30,223 nucleotides of DNA from Neophaeotheca triangularis (taxonomy: Eukaryota): the NCBI GenBank assembly GCA_054600435.1, contig BAAIJX010000069.1, positions 62,001 through 92,223 of the forward strand. The letters run 5' to 3'. Numbering within the stretch: the first letter of the stretch is position 1; each line of letters begins with the position of its first letter. The position numbers were made by a program, and so were the translations under genes. This document shows, one piece after another, positions 10,522-21,685 of the stretch. The notes under the pieces are model-generated. The model had not been told where the DNA came from and made no database searches. It saw only the letters and a program-made list of their open reading frames with translations.

Positions 10522-11217
10522 TTAGTGTAGCGGCCAGTCATTCGTCATCGGGGAAGCTGTAGCGCACTCGGTGACATTGTGGGATAGAGTAGGTGTTCGG
10601 GCTGCCATGTCGAATTTTACTGGAAAGTCGATCTCACATCGTTTCCTCGAGCATGTTGTCGTGGTACTGCGTACGTGCCCCAAAGCCAAGAGACCGTCGA
10701 TAACCACCTTGACGCGTCCCCGAATGACAGGATCCTTGCGACCGGCTGCTGAGTTCATTGAAGCCGTGGTTGGGTATTGAGTCGTCGAAAGCGCCGGAAC
10801 GGTTGAAGTGGTAAACGAAGTAGACGTGGAAAAGATAATTTCGTCGTTCAGGACAGGTGTATGCTGCAAAGATGTCGTCACGCCGGCCATGTCGCCGCCA
10901 GACTCTCCTACAGTGGATGTTGAGGACGTGACGAGCGGTGCCACGTCGTCTCTTGTGCTGGTCAAGGCCGCAAACGGACTGTACGTCTCGGGTGCAACGG
11001 CCCTCTCCAAGACAGAATCGAAGAGTTCTGTAGCGGATATAGTGGAAGAATGAGCCGCCTGCGCGCAGGTGAGCACGTCGAGTGCTTGAATACCGCTGGC
11101 GGTGGCAGTGGGCCCATTAACGAAGTCGCAATTGACGGAATCGCTCGTTGTATTCGTGAGTGACGCATTTTGCGCGAAGGAGGGTGCCAGCATAAGGCTT
11201 AGCATCGCCCTAGCCAT
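10522..11217 (-). CDS. Hypothetical Ser/Thr-rich protein, possibly secreted or decaying
   Basis: 231-aa ATG-initiated ORF, weak signal-like N-terminus (MARAMLSLMLAPSFAQ), high S/T content, several Cys; no family recognised. Confidence 0.35.
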   Translation of the reverse strand: MARAMLSLMLAPSFAQNASLTNTTSDSVNCDFVNGPTATASGIQALDVLTCAQAAHSSTISATELFDSVLERAVAPETYSPFAALTSTRDDVAPLVTSSTSTVGESGGDMAGVTTSLQHTPVLNDEIIFSTSTSFTTSTVPALSTTQYPTTASMNSAAGRKDPVIRGRVKVVIDGLLALGHVRSTTTTCSRKRCEIDFPVKFDMAARTPTLSHNVTECATASPMTNDWPLH

Positions 11218-12224
11218 GGCAGCGGCTGTGTTGTCGGAGGTTATGAGATATTGTACGGATGGCTGTCCTTCAAGAGTCTTCGATCTGCAAGACTGATTTG
11301 GTGACGACGCAGTATTTGTGATCCGTCTGCAAATGTTGTGGTAGGCTCTCTGCTAAGGTAGGTGCAAGGGTTTCAGATTGTAGTCCTTGGTTGGTAAGGC
11401 TGTGATGAGAATAGTAAACTTGCTGTGTAGAAGGCAGAAGTAGGATACGGAAAGGGAACACCGACCTCGTCTTTATCCAAAGGCCTCCCAACGCATGTGA
11501 ATACACAAGCCAATCCTGCCATCTCACGATCCGTGAAAAGGTGTCAAGATTATTGTATACTTGTCCCCAAATTGATGCCTTACCCTTCCTCGTACGAGCG
11601 AAGCTGGCGCTACATTAGGGGTTTTAAGGATACTGGATGCACGACCATCCAACGGTAACAGCGAGTGATATGTACGTGATTGGTGCCAGCATATTAATTG
11701 TTACTTCCTGTGCATCAGGAAGCCCGAGGGCTCGTTGCTAAGGGGTAGCAGCAGCACGTTCTCGTGGAGCAAACGGCGACCCGGATATTAATCGTTACCG
11801 TCGAAGAATGAGGCCAGCGTACATTATGATTAGCCGGAACGAGAACTATCCATGCCGGTACCAGAGTAGTAGACAGGGTAGGTACCATCCATGTAATAGT
11901 AGGAGGTAAAGGTGAGGTTGATGAAGCCGTCGGGTGCAAGCCAGAAGATGGTCGTCATCTTGGTTGCGGTGGTCCAAGCTTGTGTATCCGTATCCAGACC
12001 TCACTACTCCAGCTCGGCTAGGCAACGTCCAAAGAGCCCCAATCCCCGTGGTCCCCCCATTCCATTGAAACCAAACATATTTGCTTATACGTTTCTACCT
12101 TCGCTACTACTGCTTGCGCTTCCTCGTTCGAACAAGACCGTCGCTATCCGCAGCTCATTGGCCGCGCGAATTGCTGAACCGGCAGCTGTTCAACTGCAGC
12201 ATCGCATGAAGCTCGAGGGGCATC

Positions 12225-15200
12225 ATGTCCGAGCAAGGTGGGAGCTCCCCCGAAGACACGAGCTTGGTCACATATGAGGACGTATATGGATGGCTAACCG
12301 ATGTTTTCCCTCTGTTTCTCACAGACCAACCTACTCTTAACCTCACCGAGTCCGAGAAACGCGCCTTCTCCTACCTCTTCACCCAAGCCGACAGCGATGG
12401 GTTGGGCGTTGTGACCGGCGAGCGCGCCGTAGGCTTCTTCGAGCGAACCACGGTGCCTTCGAATGTACTTGGCGAGATATGGCAGCTGGCCGATACCGAG
12501 AACCGTGGTCTCCTGACCAAGCCGGGCTTCTGCATGGTCTTGAGGTTGATCGGCCACTACCAGCAGGGCCGGGGACCCAGCACCGACTTGGCTTTCAAGC
12601 CTGCGCCTATACCAAAGTTTGAGGGGCTTCAGATTCCCGGGGCGAACGATAGACAGACCCCTGCTGCCGCCAGCCCTACAGGGAACGGCTTCCCAGCGAA
12701 TGCGCTCCAGCCACAGCATAGCGGGGGCCCTATCCGCGTACCCCCTCTCGATCCGCAAAAGGCCTCGCAATACTCGGGTCTTTTTGAAAGGTCTGGCGCG
12801 CAGAATGGCGTCTTGGACGGTGCGACTGCGAAGTCAATCTTCGAGAGAGCTGGTCTGCCGAATGAAACACTGGGCAAGATCTGGATGTTGAGCGATCGCG
12901 AGCAGCGTGGTGCGCTTGACCAGACAGAGTTCATCGTAGCTATGCATCTCCTCACGAGCATGAAAACAAGGGCCATGGCAAGTCTGCCGAACTCGCTTCC
13001 TCAAGGCTTGTACGAGGCCGCTGCTAGGAAAGGCGCGCCTCCGCCGCCAGGTAACAGGCAGAGCATGGCGCCAGGTGCGATACCAAGGCAATTTACGGGC
13101 GGTTCGGCCAGCGGAGGGCCGCATCGCGCTCAGAGTCCTCTGGCGAGGCAAGGTGGTGGCTACGGTCCTCCCCAGCCTCTCTCTCAACAAGGCACTGGAC
13201 AGAACTGGCTCATCACCCAGCAAGAGAAGGCAAAGTTCGACCAGTTCTTCAGCACTGTCGACACGCAAGGTTTAGGCGTGATTACAGGTGAACAGGCTGT
13301 CCGTTTTTTCTCCGACTCTGGCCTTGACGAGGAGACTCTTGCTTCGATCTGGGATTTGGCCGACATCAACTCTGAAGGGCAGCTCAACCGTGACGAGTTC
13401 GCTGTAGCTATGTACCTCATCAGGCAGCAACGTGCACCAAACGCCGCGCCTCTTCCTGCGTTCTTGCCTTCCGCTCTTGTCCCTCCAAGTATGCGAAAGC
13501 AGAACATTCAACAGCAGACTACTCAGACTACTGCCCCGGCATTTGACAACGCCGCCAATACCTCCAACATGAACAAGTCAGCAACCGAGGATCTATTCGG
13601 CTTGGATGAACCCAGTCCACCTCAGCAGCAGCAGCAACCCATGGTACCTATTCAGACCCAGGGTACCGGCGCGTCCGCTGGAGGTTTCCCTCGCGACCCT
13701 TTCAGCGGCTCGCAGACGGACTCACCTTCGTCGCCCCAGCGATTTCAGCCGCAAGCCCAGCAGCCACAGCAGGGTGGCAGCATGTTCAAACCGTTCCAGC
13801 CGACATCTGCGTTCGGCGCGAGCCTAGCTTCTCAAAACACTGGAGGGTCCGCTGGTGGAGCTCAGACCCAATCGCAACAACAGCAACAGCAGCCGCAACC
13901 ACACCCACAGCAGCAGAATCAGCACCCCGCTCAAGGAGCAAATGCCATGGATGACTTGCTAGGCGACAACGAGACTCATGCTGCCGAAAGTAGCAAGCTC
14001 ACGAATGAAACCACGGAATTGGCGAACATGAGCAATCAAATCGGTAATCTAAGAGGTCAGATGGAGCAAACCCAGGCCAAAAAGGCCACGACTCAACAGG
14101 ACCTGAATGCCACGAACACGCAAAAGCGCGATCTCGAATTGAGACTCGAGCAGTTTCGCAGCCAATACGAACAGGAAGTCAGAACCGTCAAAGACCTTGA
14201 GACACAACTCGCGGCATCCCGAGAATCGACGAGAAAGTATTCTCAGGAGCTAGCCATGCTAGAGGGCACCTACCAAGACTTGCAGCAACAGCACAACACT
14301 GTTGCTCAAGCATTGCAGGCCGATCAGCAGGAGAACGCGAACTTGAAGCAGCGTATCAGCCAGCTAAACGCCGAAACCTCCCAACTCAAACCACAGCTCG
14401 AGAAGATGAAACTTGACGCTCGTCAGCAGAAAGGCCTTGTAAGTATTAATAAGAAGCAGCTCTCGACCAATGAAAGCGAGCTCGAGCGTCTACAGCGCGA
14501 AAAGGCAGACCTCGAACGCGAAGCCGCCGAGCGTGAAGAGCAGGCCAGGAACGCTCCGGTACTGGAGCCTGCTCCCAGCAACGTTGCGAGCCCAGCTGCC
14601 AGCACTATGAGCAACACTAATCCTTTCTTCCGCAACAACAGCGCTGGTGGCCAAGTGGATAGGGCTGCAAGTCCCGTCAGTGCGATGTCTGCTGCTCCCA
14701 ACCCAAGCGCGTTCGATGCGCTTTTTGGGCCAGCTTTTGCAGGAACCAAACAGGCTGATAGCCGAGCTGGCACTCCACCAGCAACCAGCTTTGTCGGTCG
14801 TACCATACCTTCTACTCAAGACGCAGCTGCTGGTATCGCTGCGGGTGGTGTCAGTTCTGCGGCTATCGCTGCTGCTTCTTCTGGTACCGGGCCGTCTGGC
14901 AGTTCCGACGGTAGGCCTACGCCATCTGTAACTCCTCCACTCAGCGAGCAGGCTAAAGACAGCCCTGCCGCCATGGAAGCCCCGCCGCCTCCTCCGGAAA
15001 GCAGGCAGTTTAGTGCGTCCCAGCTACCGATGCGTGGTCTTGCAACCAGTGATAGGGCGGATAGTGCTGCCGGGTCTACTGCTGTTTTCCCACCCGGGTC
15101 TTCAAGAGCCGGTGGAGTGGATACACCGCGGGAGGAGGTTGAGCTTCAGCCTGCAGCTGCGCCCACTTCTATGCCTGGCGGTTTCGACCAGGAACAAGAA

Positions 15201-16963
15201 ATCCAGGAGAGCGAGCGTGAGCTTCCCGGTGCTTTCCCAGATGATGATGCGTCTGGACCAAGCGCTGGCCCCTCGACCCAACAGCCCACCCCTGCAGCTA
15301 GGGATGACTTTGACTCCGCCTTCTTGGGGTTCGGCGAGGATAGCAAGGCCAAGGATGCTGATAAGTCTGTAAGCGACCCTTTTGTCACCGATGCCAATGA
15401 GCAGGCACCGAAGGGCAAGGGCGTCAGCAGCGAATTTCCTCCTATTCAGTTCCAAAATGACGAAGACGACAGCGATAGCGATAGCGATAGTGACCACGAG
15501 ACGAACAAAGGTTTCGCCGACAATTTCGCCGCTGCGTCCAGCCAGAGCAACGGCACCGCGCCTCCCACTTACGGTACCACCGAGCCACCTTCTGATGGCC
15601 CTCATGTAGCCTCGGGTGACGAAATCGCCCGCGCGAGGCCTGGTGTACAATCGGTGGAGTCTACCGCGAGCGATCTGCCGGCTATCACCTCGCAAAAGTC
15701 GCCGCCGACCTACGACCAGAGTAATGAGCCCGCTCAAGGTGGGCCAGGTCAGCGATCCGAATCGAATTCCTTTCCGCATGAGTATGACGGCTTACTGCCA
15801 GAGCGAGATGATCCCACTTCACCGCCACCACCCGCCACTTCGCCTCCGGCTACAGAGGAGCCCGCGGTGCAAACGTCGCAGCAAGAAAGTGAACAGAGCG
15901 TGTTCCCGGCTGAACCGCCTTTGAGCGCTACTGGGACGGCTGCTACCTCTGGCACGTCTGACTCCTTCCACGACGCTTTCAGCCGGCCCATGAGCAACGC
16001 CACCGTAGAATCTACTCCCACTCAGCAGCAACAGCAGTCGGCCACGGCCACTGCCTCTACGGAAAATACCGCTGGCGGCTTCGACGACTTTGACGACTTC
16101 GATGACCTAGCCGAAGCCAAAGAAGCCGATAAGGACGACTTTGGTTTCGGCAGCAGCTCTCGCGAGGGCGCTGATGAGTTTAACCCAGCTTTTGATAGTC
16201 CTGCACCGAGTTCAACCAACACCATGGCCAGCACGACCTCTAGCAGAACCGTGCAAGCCGACAACAGCAGTGGTTTCGTTCCCAACAGCAGCAGCCCCTT
16301 TAGCAGCAACAAGATGACCTCTAGTCCAGTCCAGGAAACTCCGCAATCCAACCAAAACGACTGGGACGCCATCTTCTCGGGTCTCGACGCCTCTAAAAGC
16401 AGCAACATCGACACCTCCTTTGGCAACACCGCCACCAGCAATACGTCCACCGACCCTTGGGGCGCTCCCTTAGCCCAAACTCCTTCAGCCGCCCACCATC
16501 TTGCGCAAGATGAAGCCGATACGATTTCCCCCGCACCGCCACGCCCCGCCGGCGCAGGCAGTGGCGCCAAGCCGCTCCCTCCCACACAACTCACAACGCA
16601 GTCTCCACCGCCGCGTTCCTTCAATCCGCCCCCCGGCCCACCACCCACGGAGCAGCAGCAGCGGGCCCCGAGTCTCGCTTCGCCCGACAAAGCTCAGGGT
16701 AGCGAGGCCAAGAATGGTGCAGGAAACGGAGCGGATACCGCAAGCCGAGGCGCGGCTCTCTCTCCCGGGACCGAGCACGACGATCCCATCCTACAGCGTT
16801 TAACCACTATGGGATACCCTCGCGGCAAAGCATTGGAGGCTTTGGAAAAGTTTGATTATGACATTAATATGGTGAGTCCTTTCAAGGGGTTGATGTTGAA
16901 GTTTGAGTGGGATTTTGCTGACATCAGTGACTTTAGGCTGTTGACCATTTGAGTTCGCAGTGA
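12225..16963 (+). CDS. EDE1: EH-domain endocytic scaffold Ede1/Eps15-like (3 EH domains, PQ-rich region, coiled coil, C-terminal UBA); exons 12225-12237, 12325-16871, 16937-16963
   Basis: Three EH repeats (LGEIWQLAD, LGKIWMLSD, LASIWDLAD...DEFAVAMYLI), polyQ tracts, long heptad region, NPF/DPF/DPW motifs, UBA LTTMGYPRGKALEALEKFDYDINM|AVDHL completed by splicing intron 16872-16936 (GTGAGT..CTGAC..TAG); probable first intron 12238-12324 (CTAAC, CAG). Confidence 0.95.
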
Positions 16964-17786
16964 GCGGTTCCAATAGGCTGTTTCGGGGTCACTGAGGATG
17001 GATGAAGGAGGAAGAAGCTGGAGAGGGGTGACTTTGATGGTTTGCACAAGGGGCTTGAAACGGAGTTGCTGGATTTGTGTAGATAGGAGTGGGGAGGGGT
17101 GTCTTGTAGTTAGGGGCCTTGGAAGCGGTAATGTGTACACTTTCTTCGTTTTGACATGCCATTGATTTGTTGATTGGCTGCATTAACTGGAGTCTTTGCG
17201 CCACGCTGACGCCTAGATATTGTCACCTTGTGATTACAACGGCTGGCAGTATTGAATGTTGAGTTCAATCCATGCTGGGGAGGAGGAAGTGGTGTGTACT
17301 GCATCTCGAGCTGCTGGTGTTGTTGCCAAGGGGCAGAGGTTTGAGTGCTTTTGAACGTGGAATCGGTACGGCAAGATGCGACGCTAAGCCTCACGGAACG
17401 AGAGATTTCATTGGGTAGAGTATGGTTCGGAAGAGGAATGATTAATACAAAGACGCGAGGGCTCCAGTCGATCTGGTGAACATCACGGCTGTCTAGCCAG
17501 ATCCTTGTATTCGTTGAATCTCGTGATTCACGACAAGGGGCTCTTGGTGTTTGCTGACGAGCTGTCTTGCCATTTCTTTTTGCCGTTTGGAGTTAACAAA
17601 GGCTTTACCGAGCAATGGAGAATTGAATTCCAGGAGCTAGAACTTTGGAAAGGGAAAGAGAGTTCAGACATCAATCGACGCTTGGGACCACTTGCAACGC
17701 GGTCTACGAATCTCTTATGATGCAGTAGGCAACCATTCATCTTTTTGTGTATCCTACAGTCTCATCCCTAGCTAGCTCCGACACCT

Positions 17787-18756
17787 CTAGGGCTTATAGT
17801 ACTGCCTCCAGTCATGCTCTTCCTTGAAACCCAACACCTCCCTAGCCTTCCGATTACTCAGCGGCGCCTCATATTCTCCCATCTCCCGTGTAATCTTCGT
17901 GTTCGGCTCCACCCTCTTCAAGAACTGCACCGTCGGCTCTTTCAGCGTATTGGTATCGTTGGTGGCATTGAAAACCTGAAAACCCAGGCCATTCTTTTGG
18001 ATCCCGCGGTCACAAATCTGCGCCAAGTCTCTGGCGTCAATGTAGCTCCACGCGTTCCGTCTGCGCGTCTCGGGCTTGTTGACGTGAGTGGGGAAGTCGC
18101 GCTCGTACTCGTGCGGTTCGATGACGTTGCCCACGTGGAGTACGTAGATGTCGATGCCGTAGCGGCGGGCGAAGGTGCGGGCGGTGCGTTCGCCGCAGAG
18201 CTTGGAGAGGGCGTACGAGTCCATTGGGTCCACGTCGTAGTCTTCTTCCAGTGGGAAGGAGTGGTAGTCCGTGTTGCCTTCGGAGAAACAGACGCCGTAG
18301 GTGGTTTCCGAGCTGGCGGTTATGATTTTCTTGACACCGAGCTTGGAGGCTGCTTCGATGATGTTGTAGGTGGCTAACACGTTGCCGCGGAAGCACTCGT
18401 TGTCCGGAACCAGCATGTTGCGGGCGTAGGCGGCGAAGTGGATTACGACGTCGGGAGGGCCTTCCGGGCTGCCGTCTTCGTAGCCGGCGAAGTTGTAATG
18501 GGTTGTGAGGGCGTTGAAGACTTGGCCGCTGTCTGTGAGGTCGGTCTTGAGAGTGAAGACGCCGGCGTTGGGGTCGGGGAAGTCGATGAGGTCGAGGTTG
18601 AGGACCTGGGGCAATGTCAGAAGGGGAGGAATGCAAGGGCGATATGGATGAGATTGCTAATACCTTGTGACCTCTCTTGATCAAGTCTGGGATAACATGG
18701 CGGCCAGCCTTGCCGCTGCCTCCAGTGAAGACGATTCTCTTGCCTTGAGGAGCCAT
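17787..18756 (-). CDS. NAD-dependent epimerase/dehydratase (extended SDR); exons 18756-18664 and 18605-17787; possible upstream start at 18864
   Basis: Rossmann motif IVFTGGSGKAG, VIHFAA, ASSETTYG, catalytic YALSK (YxxxK), WSYIDARD; 58-nt intron GTATTA..CTGAC..CAG joins HK|VLNLD in frame. Confidence 0.92.
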
Positions 18757-19494
18757 TGCTGTCGCTGAGAAGGATCTAGATAAGGAGAAAGCCTGGCTAT
18801 GTCTTAGAAAGTGGCTAGTTTTGGGGACGATTCGAGGGTTAGAGTGTCGAAGCAACAATGGCATACCTAGGTACTCTACCAAGAAACTACAAGGCATATG
18901 TAGCTGGGGATGACAGGCATATTTTAAGTTGGGGAGCTGGGCTGGCATGTGAAGCTACCTGGGTACCTACCTACCTCCTAAATCGTCATGGAAGAATAGT
19001 ACCCGACCTCCTTATGGACACCCGTGGACGGGAGGTGAATGTGAAGTTGACCTTCCTCTCTGGGTGTAGAGTGTAACTTGGACGTAACTCTCGACCTACA
19101 TGAACCTGTCATTCAAACCATCGCATTCGCCGGGAGTGACGTTTGATTTGGTAGGTACCTTAATAATCATACCTTATGGCAAAGGACGGGGATACCTTGA
19201 GCTACCTCCCAACCTCCTTAGGGTACCTAGGTAAGGTACAAGTAGTACACGTTGGCACCTCAGATAAGGTCCACGTTGTGTACAAGTCGACGTCATCTCG
19301 GGCCATCTCGCAGCGATCCAATGCATCTTCGTCCGTGCGTTCGACTTTGACTTTTGCTCCTCCACCCGATGTCGACTCTACCTACTGCCTAGGCGTGTGA
19401 GAGGTGTCGACATGACTTCCTCTTTAGGTCAAGTCCAAGTCCAAGACACTACACCTCCCTCCATGCATGGTCCTGTCACTGTCACTGTCGACAG

Positions 19495-20539
19495 ATGACA
19501 TTCGTGGAGCCTATGCTCACGCGTTGCTGCTTACAAACTACTCCCGTCCGCCTCCATGTCAAACCCGGGCTGAGTCGAGCTGGCCTCGCATTAGACGCAG
19601 CGAGGACGACGACATGCCTAGTCTATCCTGTCCGTCGTCGAAGTCTGGCACAGGTGCGAGAGATTGATCAGATCCGTATACGTCATGCCAACTTCACGGG
19701 CACTGCGCCCAGAGCAAGCACCCCAGAAGGCGACCAACCACCAGACGAGCGAAAGCTCCAACTCGGAAAGAGTGCGACGGCGAAAACCAACACCCAATCC
19801 ACCACTTCGTCCAAGCTAATTCTTCCTCTCAGCCATCCGCACCCTCCGCCCACTCCTCCCAACCATCCTCCTCACACCCCTCCCCCAATCGTTCCTCTCC
19901 CCACGAATCTCCCTTCACCTCTTCCCAAGCACCCACCCCCACCTCCCAACCGTTTCGGGCAAACTCGCCTACAACGCCGCCCTCTGGACCGCCCCGGTAG
20001 CCTGGGGCCGCATCCCGCTCGTCGGCAACGTGCGCCTGCAAATCCTCTCCGAACGCATGGTCCGCTACGGCGGCACTGCCGGACGCACCAATAACACCTC
20101 CCACAACGGCAGCAGCAGTGATACACCCGAGGGCGACGAGAAACTAGTCGTCAAGTGGAAAACCATCGGCAAGCCCGCCCACCGCGACGGCACTGGGGGT
20201 ATCTACCGCGGCCTCGGTCTCACCTCCAAAGACCCCGTCGACAAGATCAAGGGCTTCATTGCCGGGGCTAGCGCCGGCACAAAGGATAAAGAGAGTGTAT
20301 CCTCACCGTCCGAGCTGGAAGAGGAGTTTTGCGGGCTTTTTGTTTTTGAGTTTGACAGCCAGGGGAGGATTTCTAGGCATGTAATCGAGCATATGGAAGA
20401 GGGCGGGAATGCTGAGGGGTTTGGACGGGTGGTTAGTGTGACAGAGTGGTTGCTTGGAGGGTTTAGGGAGAGGAAGGGCGAGGAGGCTGGGTTGGCTTGG
20501 TGTGCGGACAGGGATGGGGGGAGGCGGATGTTGAGGTGA
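19495..20539 (+). CDS. Conserved fungal, probably mitochondrial protein (MMU163/Mug163-like); exons 19495-19771 and 19833-20539 (start may be 19513)
   Basis: Intron 19772-19832 (GTGCGA..CTAAT..CAG) gives PDERKLQLGKTIRTLRPLLPTILLTPLPQSFLSPRISLHLFPSTHPHLPTVSGKLAYNAALWTAPVAWG...RLQILSERMV...EFCGLFVFEFDSQGRISRHVIE, recognised from memory as this family; Arg-rich N-terminus. Confidence 0.75.
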
Positions 20540-21685
20540 TGGAATAGTATGGGAAGAGCTCGATATAATTGTGAGCGGTGTAAGATGATGGGATCGGAGC
20601 CATTCTCTGAGGATGTAGGAGTTAACAAGGCGTGTTTTGGGTATACCCCCGTCCACTCTGAGCGTAGAAATTGTATAACACTGGTTTAATAGAAAAGCTG
20701 AACTACGCAGCGGGACGGCTAGTGAGCTTGACATGGTGCTGCAAGTACCTTGCTCCAGTGCCTTCAGCATTGGTTCCATCTAATACATGGTTACAAATTG
20801 AAATAATATACCCCTCATCTACGTGCAGGAAACTTAAGAATACACGACAAAGACGGAAGCATGAACCCTAGACACGTTGGTTCTATAACGATTTGTTATC
20901 GCTCCAGCTCCCACACTTCTACACTGCCCAGCCCGAAGTGCCAACTACGTATACAGAAAGGCCTCACATATACCGAACGCGGCAAAATCGCGTAGGTATT
21001 AGGCGCCCTTCCTCCTTGTGCCTGCCGAAAACGAGCACAAGGATTGTCTGACAAGGCTACCGCAAGAGCCTTCGCTACGACGTACATACCAGCATCAAGC
21101 ATTACCCGATCCTTCAACACACATATCCGCCCGCTGGAGCTCGTCAACCCAAAAGTCTGGAGCTTTGGCGGTGCTCGGTGCAGTCGTCTTGCTCGTAAGA
21201 GGTCGCCAATGCAAAGACGACCGAGATCACCTTTGATGGCAGGCAGGCGCACAACTTTTGCGGCCAGATTACAACAGCATATCAGCGTTTAATGGCGAGC
21301 GCTTCCGACCAACTATGTGAATCGAGGTATTGGCGTTGTTCGTGTACTTGCTGTGGGTGGCTATTTGCTATGGCTCTCGAAAGGTACCTAGGTAGTCGAA
21401 ATATTCACGAGGATCATGTTGAATGGCGAACAGGTCCCGTCCCGTCTGCCTGTCTGGCCCAAGCTTGGATTTAAGCTTATTGTGGCGGCGGACGTAGCCG
21501 CTAACGTTCCCGTCCATCGGCTTCTACTTCCTTTCTTTCAGGGACTTTGCCCGTGGCTATCAAAACAAAAGTACATACCTTCTATACCCTCACCTTTGCA
21601 ACCCACTCGCCACTCACCACTGACCACACAACAAAACACAACCACCCAGAAAAAACCCAGCAAATCCTTCCCAACTACCTCTACT

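Noticed and set aside
12294..16803. Many antisense and alternative-frame ORFs inside EDE1 (likewise inside the helicase, nitrate reductase and TF)
   Set aside because: Expected shadows of GC-rich coding sequence.
20896..21252. Minus-strand ORF with KDRVMLDAG followed by a GTATGT donor-like site (faint methyltransferase motif I or acyl-CoA oxidase resemblance)
   Set aside because: One short ambiguous motif with no supporting neighbours; would need BLASTX to call a remnant.
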